Assembly (NCBI GenBank): GCA_046160675.1
Contig: JBJXHH010000076.1
Location: forward strand, 1-56,105
DNA: 56,105 bases
Direction of reading: 5' to 3'
From: Chitinophagales bacterium
GTDB taxonomy: Bacteria; Bacteroidota; Bacteroidia; Chitinophagales; BACL12
Shown here: positions 30,608 through 40,571 of the stretch, piece after piece
How positions within the stretch are numbered: the stretch's first letter is position 1
Layout of the letters: each line of letters starts with the position of its first letter
Translations under genes and position numbers: made by a program
The notes under the pieces: model-generated
Told to the model about the DNA's origin: nothing
What the model saw: only the letters and a program-made list of their open reading frames with translations
Database searches by the model: none

Positions 30608-31147
30608 ATGAACTCTTTCTACCCAAAAAACCCAAGCAGAGGATTGCTATTTACAGGAACATTTCTTTTCCTGGCATGCGCAATTTCAAATGTTCAAGCA
30701 ACAATTTCTATTGTTTCTTTTACAGGCATTCAAAATCAAACAACTGTTGAGCTTGAATGGGTTACTGCTTCAGAAGAAAATACCGGGCAGTTTCTAGTAC
30801 AACGATCAACGGATGGTATAAACTGGGAAACTATCTCCAGTTTGGAAGCAGCAGGGTTCTCATCGGAAAAACTCTATTATACTTATGAGGATGGTATAAC
30901 GCCTGATATTGAATATATATATTATAGACTTGAGGTAGTAAGTGCGGATGAAAATAGTTCAATTTTCTCAGACATTATTCCGATTAGGTTAACTAATAAT
31001 ACACTGACCGAAGATACTGAGCAAGTTACTTCGATATATTACGACCTATCCGGCAGGTCTTATACAGTTCTTACAAATGCGCCTTCGGGAATTTATATCG
31101 CCATCGCAGGTACGAAACGAAGTAAGATCTATTTCTCACAGAATTGA
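30608..31147 (+). CDS. Small secreted protein with one FN3/Ig-like domain and a short T9SS-like C-terminus
   Basis: Signal peptide; SFTG...VELEWVTASEEN...VQRSTDG.NW...YYRL domain common in T9SS cargo; YDLSGR...GIYI tail. Confidence 0.65.
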   Translation: MNSFYPKNPSRGLLFTGTFLFLACAISNVQATISIVSFTGIQNQTTVELEWVTASEENTGQFLVQRSTDGINWETISSLEAAGFSSEKLYYTYEDGITPDIEYIYYRLEVVSADENSSIFSDIIPIRLTNNTLTEDTEQVTSIYYDLSGRSYTVLTNAPSGIYIAIAGTKRSKIYFSQN

Positions 31148-31176
31148 TAGCTTTTTAATCCCATAAACGTTTTCAG

Positions 31177-31204
31177 AAACCCGGAAGTATTTCCGGGTTT
31201 TTTT
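31177..31204 (+). terminator. Rho-independent terminator
   Basis: AAACCCGGAA-GTAT-TTCCGGGTTT followed by a T run. Confidence 0.85.
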
Positions 31205-31253
31205 ATCTTTCCATAAACCCCTGCATACTAAAAATTCGTATATCAATGAAGTT

Positions 31254-31916
31254 ATGTACGTTGTACTTTTATTTTTTTCAATTCTTTTTCACAAACATGT
31301 ACAAGAAAAAAGTTACACATTGTTGTGCCTTGGCGACTCTTATACCATAGGCGAATCAGTAACAGCGGAAGAAAGGTTTCCCGACCAGGCTATTACTATA
31401 CTTAAAAAGGAAAACATCCGTTTTAAAGACCCTATAATTGTTGCCAGAACTGGATGGACCTCTCAAAATTTGATTTCGGCAATTGATAAAGCCAACTTTG
31501 AAAACACATTTGATTATGTTACAGTTTTAATCGGAGTGAATGATCAGTTTCAGGGTGTAGATACAAGTGAGTATGCAGCGAATTTTGAAAGATTAATAAA
31601 AAATGCAATACAATGTACCGCCGGCATGAAAGATCATGTGATTGTATTTTCAATACCTGATTATAGTGTCTCCCCCTTTGCTGCGCATTTAAGGAAACCG
31701 CAAGAGCTAATTAGCAATGAAATTGATGCATTTAACACAGTTAATAGAAAAATCGCCGAAGAATATCAGGTACAATATATTGATATAAATCCTATCAGTA
31801 AGAAAGCCAAAACAGATATTACACTTTTGGCCCCCGACGGGTTGCACACTTCGGGTAAAATGTATGGCATTTGGGCGGAATTTCTGGCAAAGGAAATTCG
31901 AATTCAAATTGAGTAA
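31254..31916 (+). CDS. SGNH/GDSL hydrolase
   Basis: LGDSYT, TGWT, IGVND and DGLH blocks. Confidence 0.92.
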   Translation: MYVVLLFFSILFHKHVQEKSYTLLCLGDSYTIGESVTAEERFPDQAITILKKENIRFKDPIIVARTGWTSQNLISAIDKANFENTFDYVTVLIGVNDQFQGVDTSEYAANFERLIKNAIQCTAGMKDHVIVFSIPDYSVSPFAAHLRKPQELISNEIDAFNTVNRKIAEEYQVQYIDINPISKKAKTDITLLAPDGLHTSGKMYGIWAEFLAKEIRIQIE

Positions 31917-32010
31917 TTACATTTTTTAATATTATACTTTCAAAGCCTTGTACCCTAAATCAACTTTGAGATTCACTGGCCTATTAACAACTGAACCTGC
32001 AGGAATTTTT

Positions 32011-35000
32011 CTATCTCAATAAGGTTAGGTTTCCGTATGCAATTATCTTTTCACCACTTAAACAAACCGCTTCAATTGAATAAACATACACATCCTGATT
32101 GCAAAGTTTTCCCTTAGAAGTTCCATCCCAGCTTGCATATGGGTCATTTGTAGAAAATATCAGCCCGCCAAGTCTGTCAAAAATCTTATATCCTGAAACA
32201 CTTTCTAATCCTTCATATTTTATACTAAATACATCATTAAACCCATCGTTATTCGGTGTGAATAAATTGGGTATTGCGAAGAGACTCACCTCACATCCTT
32301 TTACATTAATAAAAGCGAAATCAGTGTCGGAGCAGCCAAATTGATTAGTAACGATAACACTGTAGAGTGTTGTAACATTTGGTGAAACATTAACACTTGA
32401 ACATGTATTACAGTCTATATTATAATCAGGCATCCATGCATAACTCATGGTATTTGAAGAAAAATCAGTTACAGTTGTATTTAACACAAGTGGGTCCTGG
32501 CCAATAATGTATAAAAGGGAGTCTTCAATAATATTTACAACAGGAGGGTCGTTTACAGATATATAGGCTGTATATGTTTCGATTAGGTTTCCACATGTTG
32601 CTTCCACAGTATAACTAATATCATTTGTGGGAATGCTGTATGGGTCTAACGAATAACTATCTGATAAAAATGTGGAGGGCGACCAGACATAATTAATGAA
32701 TCCTTCATTAACAGAATCTGTAAAATCAACAAACAAAGAAACAGTATCACCTATACAAATATCTGCATCAGAACCTGCAGCATTGATTAGGTTATTTATG
32801 ACAGATATTGTTGTTGATGTGTCAGAAGTACAATATCCATTATCCGCTATTACGGTGTAAGTAGTTGTGGTAATTGGCGATGCGATCGGGTCATTAATGT
32901 TTGTTGCTGAAAGGCTATCAGTTGGTGACCAGGTATAAGAAACAGCTCCATCAGCGTAAGCACTTAAAGAAACCGATAAACCGGGACAAATTGTAGTATC
33001 AGGCGAAATCATAATATCGGGATACTCAAGGGCAGTTACCAGAATTTCCATTTCATCTGTACATCCAAAAATCGTTTCAACCGTTAAGCTTGTATTATAA
33101 ACCCCAGGGTTCGTATAAACATGATTATAATTAGAGGATGAATCCGAAGAAATACTTAAATCCCCTAAATCCCAAAACCAACTTATCAGCTCATCGGGCC
33201 CCGAAGAACTATCTGTAAATGTTATCTCCTGACCAGTACAGATTGTAAGTTCTGAAACAAAATAATTTGCTGTTGGTAAGCCTCCAACTTCAATGGTATC
33301 ATTTGCGAGAAAAATATTAGAGCACCCTGCACTATCCGTAACATATGCTGAAATATAAAATGTTCCTGTATCTGAATAAATATAAGGGATTGTATATGTT
33401 GAATAAACATCTGTATAAAGTATGTCAGCATTATAAGTATTCCCATCTCCAAAAAACAATGATACTGTATCTATTGAAGCTCCATTTAAATAAAAGGAAA
33501 CGGCATCACCAATACACAAGCTATCATCGCTGATAGAAATATTCCCATAAGGGCCGGGAACGAGAGTATAACCATCTATTATGACCTCTCCGGAACACCC
33601 GTTTGTGTTTGTAATGATAACTGAAACCGTATATTCTCCAGCACTGATATATGCATGAATTGGTTCTGCTTCTGATGATGTGTAGCCATCCCCAAAATCC
33701 CATTCAAAACTTTCCAGGCTGTCAGCAGATTCAACAAAAAATTGAACTAAAGCATAGTTACAACTTGAAATCAAAATATCTGAATTGATTTCTCCCAAAA
33801 CTGTATCGGAAACAATTGATTCAAAGACTTTACTATCTGTACATCCATTAATGTCAGTAACAGTTAGAGTGACCGGGTAAGAGCCAATATCTGAATAGGA
33901 GTGAGATGGGAAACTATCCGTAGAAAAGCTGCCATCGCCAAATTCCCATGAGTAATCAATATCATAACCTGTTACTGTTTCATAAAAAAACACTTCTTCA
34001 TTAAGGCAGGGTATTGTATCTGAAATATAAAAATCTGCGAATGGTTGAGAAGCAATAATTTCAACTGTATCGTATGCAATACAACCCAACTCGTTAATTA
34101 CTGTCATAGTAACATTATAATAATTCTGAGTTGAATAGGTATGCGTCAAATCATCCACATCCGAAGCAGAATAAAATGTATCAATAGTACCATCATCCCA
34201 ATTGATTGTCCAAGATGATATATCAGCTCCTGATGAAACAGATAGATCAGAAAATTCTGCATCAAAAGGTAAACATCCCCCATAATCTGGAGTAAACAGT
34301 GAAGCGGTTATTGAACTTAAATATACGGTATCGCTTGTAAAAGCTGTACAACCTCTTGAATCTGTAATTGTCAGTTCCACAATAAATTGACCCGGAGAAA
34401 AATAAGTGTGGGTTGGATTATCTAAAGTTGAATAATACCCATCCCCAAAATCCCATTGATATGTTAATCCAGCGTCAGAAATACCGTCAGTTGAAAAATT
34501 CGAAAAATAAATTGCACCTGGCACATAACATCTCACTTCAGGTACGGCAATAAAATCAGCAACCGGTGTCTTTATAGTAACATATATTCCCAATCCCTGG
34601 CAAGGATCGGGTGTAATACAATAATAAGTCACCGTTACATGATATGTACCCGCAGCTGAATATGTGTGCGTAGGATTTAGTGATATGCTATCTGTGGTTC
34701 CGTCTCCAAAGTCCCATAACCACCCACAACTGGAATCTGCAAGTACTGGGTCTATAAATAATTCGACGGTGTAAGGATCTGTACAATTATATGTTACACT
34801 TAAGTTAGAATCATCAACATCAAGAATATGAATATCAGAAGAAATTGTATCTGTACATCCATTATTCCAAGTTATATAATCTACTGTGTGATCCCCTGGT
34901 GGAAGTGTAATAACAGTTGACGAACTAACTGGTGATGTTGACGCATAATCTAATCCACCATCAATTATTGCAGTAATAGAATCTAAAGGTAAATAATCCA

Positions 35001-36681
35001 CTTCTAACATTACTCCGGGGCAAGATGAATCAGGTATAACCAAAAGTGCAGTAAGTGTATCTCCAACACAAATCATATCATTTATATATACTGTATCACT
35101 ACAACCATTTACACTTGAGGCTATTAGCGAAACATCAGTACATCCAACAGTAGAATATAAATGAGTTGGGTTTGCGGCAGTTGAAGTTGTGCCATCCCAA
35201 AAATTCCATAAATAAGTTGTTAAAGCTTCAGAGCCGGTAGCACTAAAAGTTGTGGTTAACGGAAAACAACCTTCAGGTGGGAACGCATTTAAAACTAAAT
35301 CCAATTCACCAATTGTAACAAGGTCAGGAAGAGAATAGGTTGATATACAACCTCCTGTTGTAGATACAGTAATACTTACGTCAAAATCACCTGATTGATT
35401 CCAGGTATAAGTTGGATTTAACATTGATGAAGTAGAGGTGAATCCATCATCTTCAAATGACCATAATACTGTAGAATAACTGCCACTTATAGTAGGTGTA
35501 AAAGAAACACTGAAAGGTGTTTCGCAAACACTTGAGGGATCAGTATAAGTATATGTTACCAAAGGAGGTTCCTCAACTGTAATCAAATTCACAAAACTAA
35601 TACTGCCGCTGCATCCTCCTCCAAAATCAGCATCTAATGAAACTGTATATACACCCGGGCCGGGGTATATATGACTGGGTTCAAATAAGGTAGAAGTTGA
35701 CCCATCACCAAAATTCCAAAGCCATGAACCAGTTGATGAACCGCTCAAATTATCAAAGAATATCTCTTCACCATCGCATATAATTGTTTCTGAAGGAATA
35801 AAATTGACAATTGGGCTGGCATTTATTTGTACATAATCTGTAAATACTTCAGTATATATACATCCATTATTATCTGTAACTGTTAATGAAACATCATAAG
35901 AGCCATATGACGTATAATTATGTGATGGGCTTGTTCCAACTGAAGTAGCACCATCCCCAAAATCCCAGAGATAGGTTAGAGGTAAGACTCCAGTGCTTGT
36001 ATTTGTAAAGTTTATGTTTAATGGTGTTGCACAAGAAATAGAAGCCGTTGATGTAAAAGAGGGCTCTGGCCAATCATAAACTGTTACCTCAACGGTGGCA
36101 AAATCTTCACACCCTGCATCATCTTCAATAAATAAATAAACATAATATGTACCCGGAGTATCAAAAGTATAGGTGAGTGTGGGATCTGAAGGTAAAGTTC
36201 CCGAGCCGAAAATTACCCAGTAGTAACTACTTATTGCTCCATAAGAGCCCGGAATAGAAGTATTTGAAAATGAGGTTGTGAAGGGAGCACAACCTTCTAG
36301 GTCTGAGGCTGAAATAGAGGCTGTGGGTGGACTATGGACAGTTGCAAATGCCGGGATAGTCAAAATATCCGTCGAACCACCAGAACCTGTAGCAGTTAAG
36401 GTTACAGTATAATCACCAACTGAATACAGAAAAAAAACGGGTTCAAATAAAGTTGAACTGCCTACTAATGAGCCAGTGGGATCATAAACCTCCCAGTAAT
36501 AAGATGTGGCACCGGTTGAATTATTTATTAGGACCAATTCCAGAGATAAACATCCATCAGTTGTATCGGAACTAAAATTTGCAGAAACCTGACTATTTGC
36601 CTTTTGACCAATAGTTAGAAAAATGATCAGAAGTAAACTGATAATAACTCTACTTAAGATATTAAACTTAAAGATAGACAT
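32011..36681 (-). CDS. Large PKD-repeat surface protein with T9SS type-B (gliding-motility-associated) C-terminal domain
   Basis: Signal peptide; six WxFGDG motifs plus variants; C-terminal IPNLFTPNNDGFNDVF...IFDR.G...WDG...VYVY...GNLTLLR. Confidence 0.92.
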   Translation of the reverse strand: MSIFKFNILSRVIISLLLIIFLTIGQKANSQVSANFSSDTTDGCLSLELVLINNSTGATSYYWEVYDPTGSLVGSSTLFEPVFFLYSVGDYTVTLTATGSGGSTDILTIPAFATVHSPPTASISASDLEGCAPFTTSFSNTSIPGSYGAISSYYWVIFGSGTLPSDPTLTYTFDTPGTYYVYLFIEDDAGCEDFATVEVTVYDWPEPSFTSTASISCATPLNINFTNTSTGVLPLTYLWDFGDGATSVGTSPSHNYTSYGSYDVSLTVTDNNGCIYTEVFTDYVQINASPIVNFIPSETIICDGEEIFFDNLSGSSTGSWLWNFGDGSTSTLFEPSHIYPGPGVYTVSLDADFGGGCSGSISFVNLITVEEPPLVTYTYTDPSSVCETPFSVSFTPTISGSYSTVLWSFEDDGFTSTSSMLNPTYTWNQSGDFDVSITVSTTGGCISTYSLPDLVTIGELDLVLNAFPPEGCFPLTTTFSATGSEALTTYLWNFWDGTTSTAANPTHLYSTVGCTDVSLIASSVNGCSDTVYINDMICVGDTLTALLVIPDSSCPGVMLEVDYLPLDSITAIIDGGLDYASTSPVSSSTVITLPPGDHTVDYITWNNGCTDTISSDIHILDVDDSNLSVTYNCTDPYTVELFIDPVLADSSCGWLWDFGDGTTDSISLNPTHTYSAAGTYHVTVTYYCITPDPCQGLGIYVTIKTPVADFIAVPEVRCYVPGAIYFSNFSTDGISDAGLTYQWDFGDGYYSTLDNPTHTYFSPGQFIVELTITDSRGCTAFTSDTVYLSSITASLFTPDYGGCLPFDAEFSDLSVSSGADISSWTINWDDGTIDTFYSASDVDDLTHTYSTQNYYNVTMTVINELGCIAYDTVEIIASQPFADFYISDTIPCLNEEVFFYETVTGYDIDYSWEFGDGSFSTDSFPSHSYSDIGSYPVTLTVTDINGCTDSKVFESIVSDTVLGEINSDILISSCNYALVQFFVESADSLESFEWDFGDGYTSSEAEPIHAYISAGEYTVSVIITNTNGCSGEVIIDGYTLVPGPYGNISISDDSLCIGDAVSFYLNGASIDTVSLFFGDGNTYNADILYTDVYSTYTIPYIYSDTGTFYISAYVTDSAGCSNIFLANDTIEVGGLPTANYFVSELTICTGQEITFTDSSSGPDELISWFWDLGDLSISSDSSSNYNHVYTNPGVYNTSLTVETIFGCTDEMEILVTALEYPDIMISPDTTICPGLSVSLSAYADGAVSYTWSPTDSLSATNINDPIASPITTTTYTVIADNGYCTSDTSTTISVINNLINAAGSDADICIGDTVSLFVDFTDSVNEGFINYVWSPSTFLSDSYSLDPYSIPTNDISYTVEATCGNLIETYTAYISVNDPPVVNIIEDSLLYIIGQDPLVLNTTVTDFSSNTMSYAWMPDYNIDCNTCSSVNVSPNVTTLYSVIVTNQFGCSDTDFAFINVKGCEVSLFAIPNLFTPNNDGFNDVFSIKYEGLESVSGYKIFDRLGGLIFSTNDPYASWDGTSKGKLCNQDVYVYSIEAVCLSGEKIIAYGNLTLLR

Positions 36682-36724
36682 GTGTGTTTACAACAAAATA
36701 CTTTTATCGATACAATGCTGGGTA

Positions 36725-36740
36725 TCAATATATATGCCTT
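36725..36740 (-). promoter_or_regulatory. Candidate sigma-54 promoter for the PKD gene
   Basis: Minus strand AAGGCATATATATTGA (GG-N10-GA; -12 imperfect). Confidence 0.4.
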
Positions 36741-37000
36741 GACAATTCCATTTTAACCATCAAGACATTTGGTTCAAATTGTTAAGTCACATCTTAGATG
36801 ATATGTTCTTACATTTTATAATGAAGGAAAGCTAAGCTGATTGAAATGAGTAGTTTTCCTTCTAATACATTATACTTATTATGTTTTACCTAACCAATTG
36901 TGCTGTTACAAAAATGTGATAAAATAGTACCCTATGAGCAAAATTTATAGAGTATTTTAAGTTTTCACCAGACTTCCATAATCTATATTAACAACCCATT

Positions 37001-37249
37001 TTCCATTTTTTGGAATGACTGGAAATGTATATGTATTTACATATATATTGATGTATTTGAATACTCTGTAACCCATGTGAATAAAAGCCATTTTTCACTA
37101 CAATCTTACTGATTTAGTGACTTCTCCAAATTTTGGAATAAGGTACAATTTCTAGAATTCGGAATCCATAATTTTCTCACAAATTGCTTTCATACTCTTT
37201 ATAAATTAGGCTTGTAAGAGCTGATATACATCAGTTCCAAGGAATGGAA
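37001..37249. promoter_or_regulatory. Cluster of TTCCA-N5-TGGAA palindromes (candidate enhancer sites)
   Basis: TTCCATTTTTTGGAA 37001-37015, CTCCAAATTTTGGAA 37124-37138, TTCCAAGGAATGGAA 37235-37249. Confidence 0.65.
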
Positions 37250-37389
37250 ATAAACTAAAGTGAGTTTTACAAACCTGGATTTTGGTAATATGAAAAATTC
37301 TTCTGTTCATTTAATTAATAATGTGACATTACTAAAATACCCCAAAAAAGTTTCGTATTGCATTCTACTATAGTTTTGTTAAACTAAAC

Positions 37390-38739
37390 ATGGCACACTT
37401 TAAAATCTTTATTGTTGAAGACGATCCCTGGTACGGAGAATTACTTGAGTATCATATCACTCAAAATCCGGAAAATGAGGTTTTCAGGTTTACTACTGCT
37501 AAAGAATGTCTGAAAAACCTGAACATTAATCCTGACCTTATTACAATTGACTTCTCTCTACCTGACATGAATGGGGAAGAGCTGATTAAAAAAATTCAGC
37601 ATTTTAACATAGATATACCACTAATAGTAATTTCCGGTCAGGAGAATGTTTCTACCGCTGTATCACTTTTGCATAAGGGTATATATGACTATTTTGTAAA
37701 AGAAGACGGAACACTTGAACGGCTATGGAATCATGTAAATAAGATAAGAGTAAATAAAGAACAAGTAACTCAAATTACAGCTTTAAGAAGTGAACTTGGG
37801 AAAAAATACAAATTTGAAAATAATTTAAAAGGAGAGAGCCAAGCCATAAAATCGACTTTTTCATTAATAGAAAGAGCCTCGAAATCTAATATCAATGTGT
37901 CAATTTCCGGGGAAACCGGGACCGGAAAAGAATTGGTTGCAAAAGCTATTCACTATAATTCTGATAGACACAAGAAACCATTCATTGCAGTGAATATGGC
38001 TGCAATACCGAAGGATTTAATTGAAAGCGAACTTTTTGGATATGAAAAAGGAGCATTCACCGGAGCCGTTTCAAGAAAAATTGGTCGTTTTGAGGAAGCA
38101 GATAAAGGAACTTTATTCCTGGATGAAATAGGTGACCTTGATTTGAATTTACAAAGTAAATTATTAAGAGTTATCCAAGAGAAGGAACTTACTAGATTAG
38201 GAGGAAATGATGTTACAAAATTCGATGTTAGGTTAATTATAGCAACACATAAAAATCTTGCTCAAGAAGTTAGAATCGGTAATTTCAGAGAAGACCTATA
38301 TTATAGAATCATTGGCCTACCGATAGAATTAGCTCCGTTAAGAGACCGTGGAGATGATGTGATTTTACTTGCTGAACATTTTCTGGAAGAATTTACCCGT
38401 GAAAATAAACTCAGAGCTGCAAAATTAAGTGAACAGGCATTGAAAAAATTAACCCAGTATCATTTCCCCGGAAACATCAGAGAACTTAAATCAATAATTG
38501 AGATAGCAGCGGTAGTTGCTGATAACGGAATTATTAAAGAGGACGATATCCGTCTATCGAGGGTACATAATACTATGTCCATCATTCAGGAAGAAATAAC
38601 ACTCGAAGAATATAAAAAAAGAATTATTGGGCATTTTTTAAAAAAATATGATAATAACGTTTTGTTGGTTGCAAAAAAGTTGGATATCGGTAAATCTACT
38701 ATATATAATATTCTACAATCTAATTCATTATCAATATAA
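37390..38739 (+). CDS. Sigma-54-dependent response regulator (NtrC family: REC-AAA+-Fis HTH)
   Basis: IVEDD...IDFSLPD receiver; [41 protein letters not shown]; C-terminal HTH; TAGTTTTG -7 box at 37371. Confidence 0.96.
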   Translation: MAHFKIFIVEDDPWYGELLEYHITQNPENEVFRFTTAKECLKNLNINPDLITIDFSLPDMNGEELIKKIQHFNIDIPLIVISGQENVSTAVSLLHKGIYDYFVKEDGTLERLWNHVNKIRVNKEQVTQITALRSELGKKYKFENNLKGESQAIKSTFSLIERASKSNINVSISGETGTGKELVAKAIHYNSDRHKKPFIAVNMAAIPKDLIESELFGYEKGAFTGAVSRKIGRFEEADKGTLFLDEIGDLDLNLQSKLLRVIQEKELTRLGGNDVTKFDVRLIIATHKNLAQEVRIGNFREDLYYRIIGLPIELAPLRDRGDDVILLAEHFLEEFTRENKLRAAKLSEQALKKLTQYHFPGNIRELKSIIEIAAVVADNGIIKEDDIRLSRVHNTMSIIQEEITLEEYKKRIIGHFLKKYDNNVLLVAKKLDIGKSTIYNILQSNSLSI

Positions 38740-38759
38740 ATCATTAAAACACACAAAAA

Positions 38760-39176
38760 ATGGAACATACAATTGCATCAACAAATTTGAACTTTGAATC
38801 TCGCAAAAATGACTCAATGTATGATTTAAGCAATTTGTATAAAATTGCCCGAGGAAACTCCATGTTTATAGAAAAAATGCTTACTCTTTTTTTAGCAGAA
38901 ACCACAATTATAAATAAACTCATAATTGATAACTATAAAAAACATGCATTCAATGAAGTTAAAACATTGGCACATAAATTAAAATCTAACCTGCAGGTTC
39001 TTGGTATAACAATTTTAAAAAAGCAAATATCTATAATTGAAGAAATGGATGTAAAAGATTTTGAGTTGAGAGGGTCAGACAATCATATCCACTCATTTTG
39101 TTCTTCATTAGAAGTAACACTCAATATGATACAACAAAATGAACTTGGTAAAACAAAAAATCCAATAAAAGATTAA
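38760..39176 (+). CDS. Stand-alone Hpt phosphotransfer protein
   Basis: YDLSNL...GNSMFIEKMLTLF...LAHKLKSNL with the conserved His. Confidence 0.85.
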   Translation: MEHTIASTNLNFESRKNDSMYDLSNLYKIARGNSMFIEKMLTLFLAETTIINKLIIDNYKKHAFNEVKTLAHKLKSNLQVLGITILKKQISIIEEMDVKDFELRGSDNHIHSFCSSLEVTLNMIQQNELGKTKNPIKD

Positions 39177-39345
39177 TGAGGATATGATAAAAAATAAAAT
39201 ATAAATACATGTACCAAATGACAGTAACAAGTTTCAAATTTTTAAACCAATTAAATAGCTAAATACAAAGTATTCAGTAATAAATGAAAAAAATCATTTA
39301 GAGACAAATTGGTATAATTATTCAAACATCACTAAGCACATAAGT

Positions 39346-40560
39346 ATGGAAAATATGAACAGTTTAAAATTTTTTGTTGTAGATGACAATAAAGCGTATG
39401 CATATTTATTAATAAAGACTTTAGAAAATGAAGGTTTTCAAGAAATTGAATATTATGAAAGCGGAAAAAAATGTATTGAAAACTTAAATAATAAACCCGA
39501 TATTATATTGCTTGATCATCACATGCCCGGGATGACGGGTTTGGAAACACTTAAAGAAATTAAGAAGCAATTACCAGGTGTTTATGTGATTAATGTGAGC
39601 GGGCAGGAACAAACTGATATTGCTGTCGGAGCACTAAAAGCAGGGGCTTATGATTATATAATAAAAGGTGACAATGAATTTGAAGCTCTCATAGAAATAA
39701 TAAATAAAATTCGAAATATTTCAAAAACTGAAGTAAAGCATTCCCTTGTTGAAAAACATAAAACTCAACCTTATCCCAACCCCATTTCACTTTTTCAGAA
39801 AAATAAAATTGAAGGAAATCTATTCGCTTTCATACTTGCAATTACAGCCTTCATCGCTCTTTCCTCATGTTCAACACAAAATTTACTCACTCAAGCATCA
39901 ACCAAATCAAAAGATGCTGATGATTTAATAAATAACAATACTCCATCTGCTTATACCATTCAACAAGGAGATAAACTAAGTGTAAGTATTTGGGATCATG
40001 ATGATTTAAGTGTAGGTTCCATTTTCACAATCTACAATTCCAACGAAGTTTATGGTAAATGGTTACAGGTAGATCCTGATGGAAATATTGCATTACCGGG
40101 GATCGGAACCACAAAAGTTGAAGGATTATCATTAACTGATTGCGAAAAGCACTTATCAGAATTGTATAAAAACACAATTGTAAATCCGTTAATTGAAATT
40201 CGAGTATTGAATTGGGAAGCATCTGTTTTAGGCGAGGTTCGGAATCCCGGAAACATTTCATTGGAAAACGAAAAGCAAATTTTACTTGAGGTCATCGCAC
40301 TTGCCGGAGATTTTGAACCTTATGCTGATAAAAAAAATGTAAAGGTGGTGAGAATGCAAGATGGAAACACGATTGAATACAATATCAATCTTGTACAACT
40401 GGAATCTGAGCTGCAAAGTAAACTTTTCATTTATCCCGGTGATATAATATATATCCCTTCACGTAAAGGGAAAATATTGGATATCAAATCACAATCACTA
40501 ATTCCTATAGCTTCGGTTTTGACCGCTGCTGCCATTTTATATTCAACACTCAATAAATAA
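39346..40560 (+). CDS. Receiver domain fused to a Wza-like polysaccharide export lipoprotein
   Basis: Residues 1-125 form an intact REC (VVDD, LLDHHMP, VSG, IK); internal hydrophobic helix and LSSC lipobox (Cys175); YTIQQGDKL, VDPDGNIALPGIG, VLGEVRNPG, PGDIIYIP Poly_export/SLBB motifs. Confidence 0.85.
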   Translation: MENMNSLKFFVVDDNKAYAYLLIKTLENEGFQEIEYYESGKKCIENLNNKPDIILLDHHMPGMTGLETLKEIKKQLPGVYVINVSGQEQTDIAVGALKAGAYDYIIKGDNEFEALIEIINKIRNISKTEVKHSLVEKHKTQPYPNPISLFQKNKIEGNLFAFILAITAFIALSSCSTQNLLTQASTKSKDADDLINNNTPSAYTIQQGDKLSVSIWDHDDLSVGSIFTIYNSNEVYGKWLQVDPDGNIALPGIGTTKVEGLSLTDCEKHLSELYKNTIVNPLIEIRVLNWEASVLGEVRNPGNISLENEKQILLEVIALAGDFEPYADKKNVKVVRMQDGNTIEYNINLVQLESELQSKLFIYPGDIIYIPSRKGKILDIKSQSLIPIASVLTAAAILYSTLNK

Positions 40561-40571
40561 AACTAATTGAC

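Noticed and set aside
32011-36681. Internal repeats of the PKD gene as DNA repeats or a mobile element
   Set aside because: They are diverged protein-domain repeats, not identical nucleotide repeats
36682-37389. 708-bp intergenic region as a CRISPR array or ncRNA
   Set aside because: No regularly spaced direct repeats or convincing RNA structure; better explained as a divergent regulatory region
39212-39246. Possible enhancer sites upstream of REC-Wza
   Set aside because: TACCA...CAGTA and TTTCA...TTAAA are too degenerate in AT-rich DNA to count
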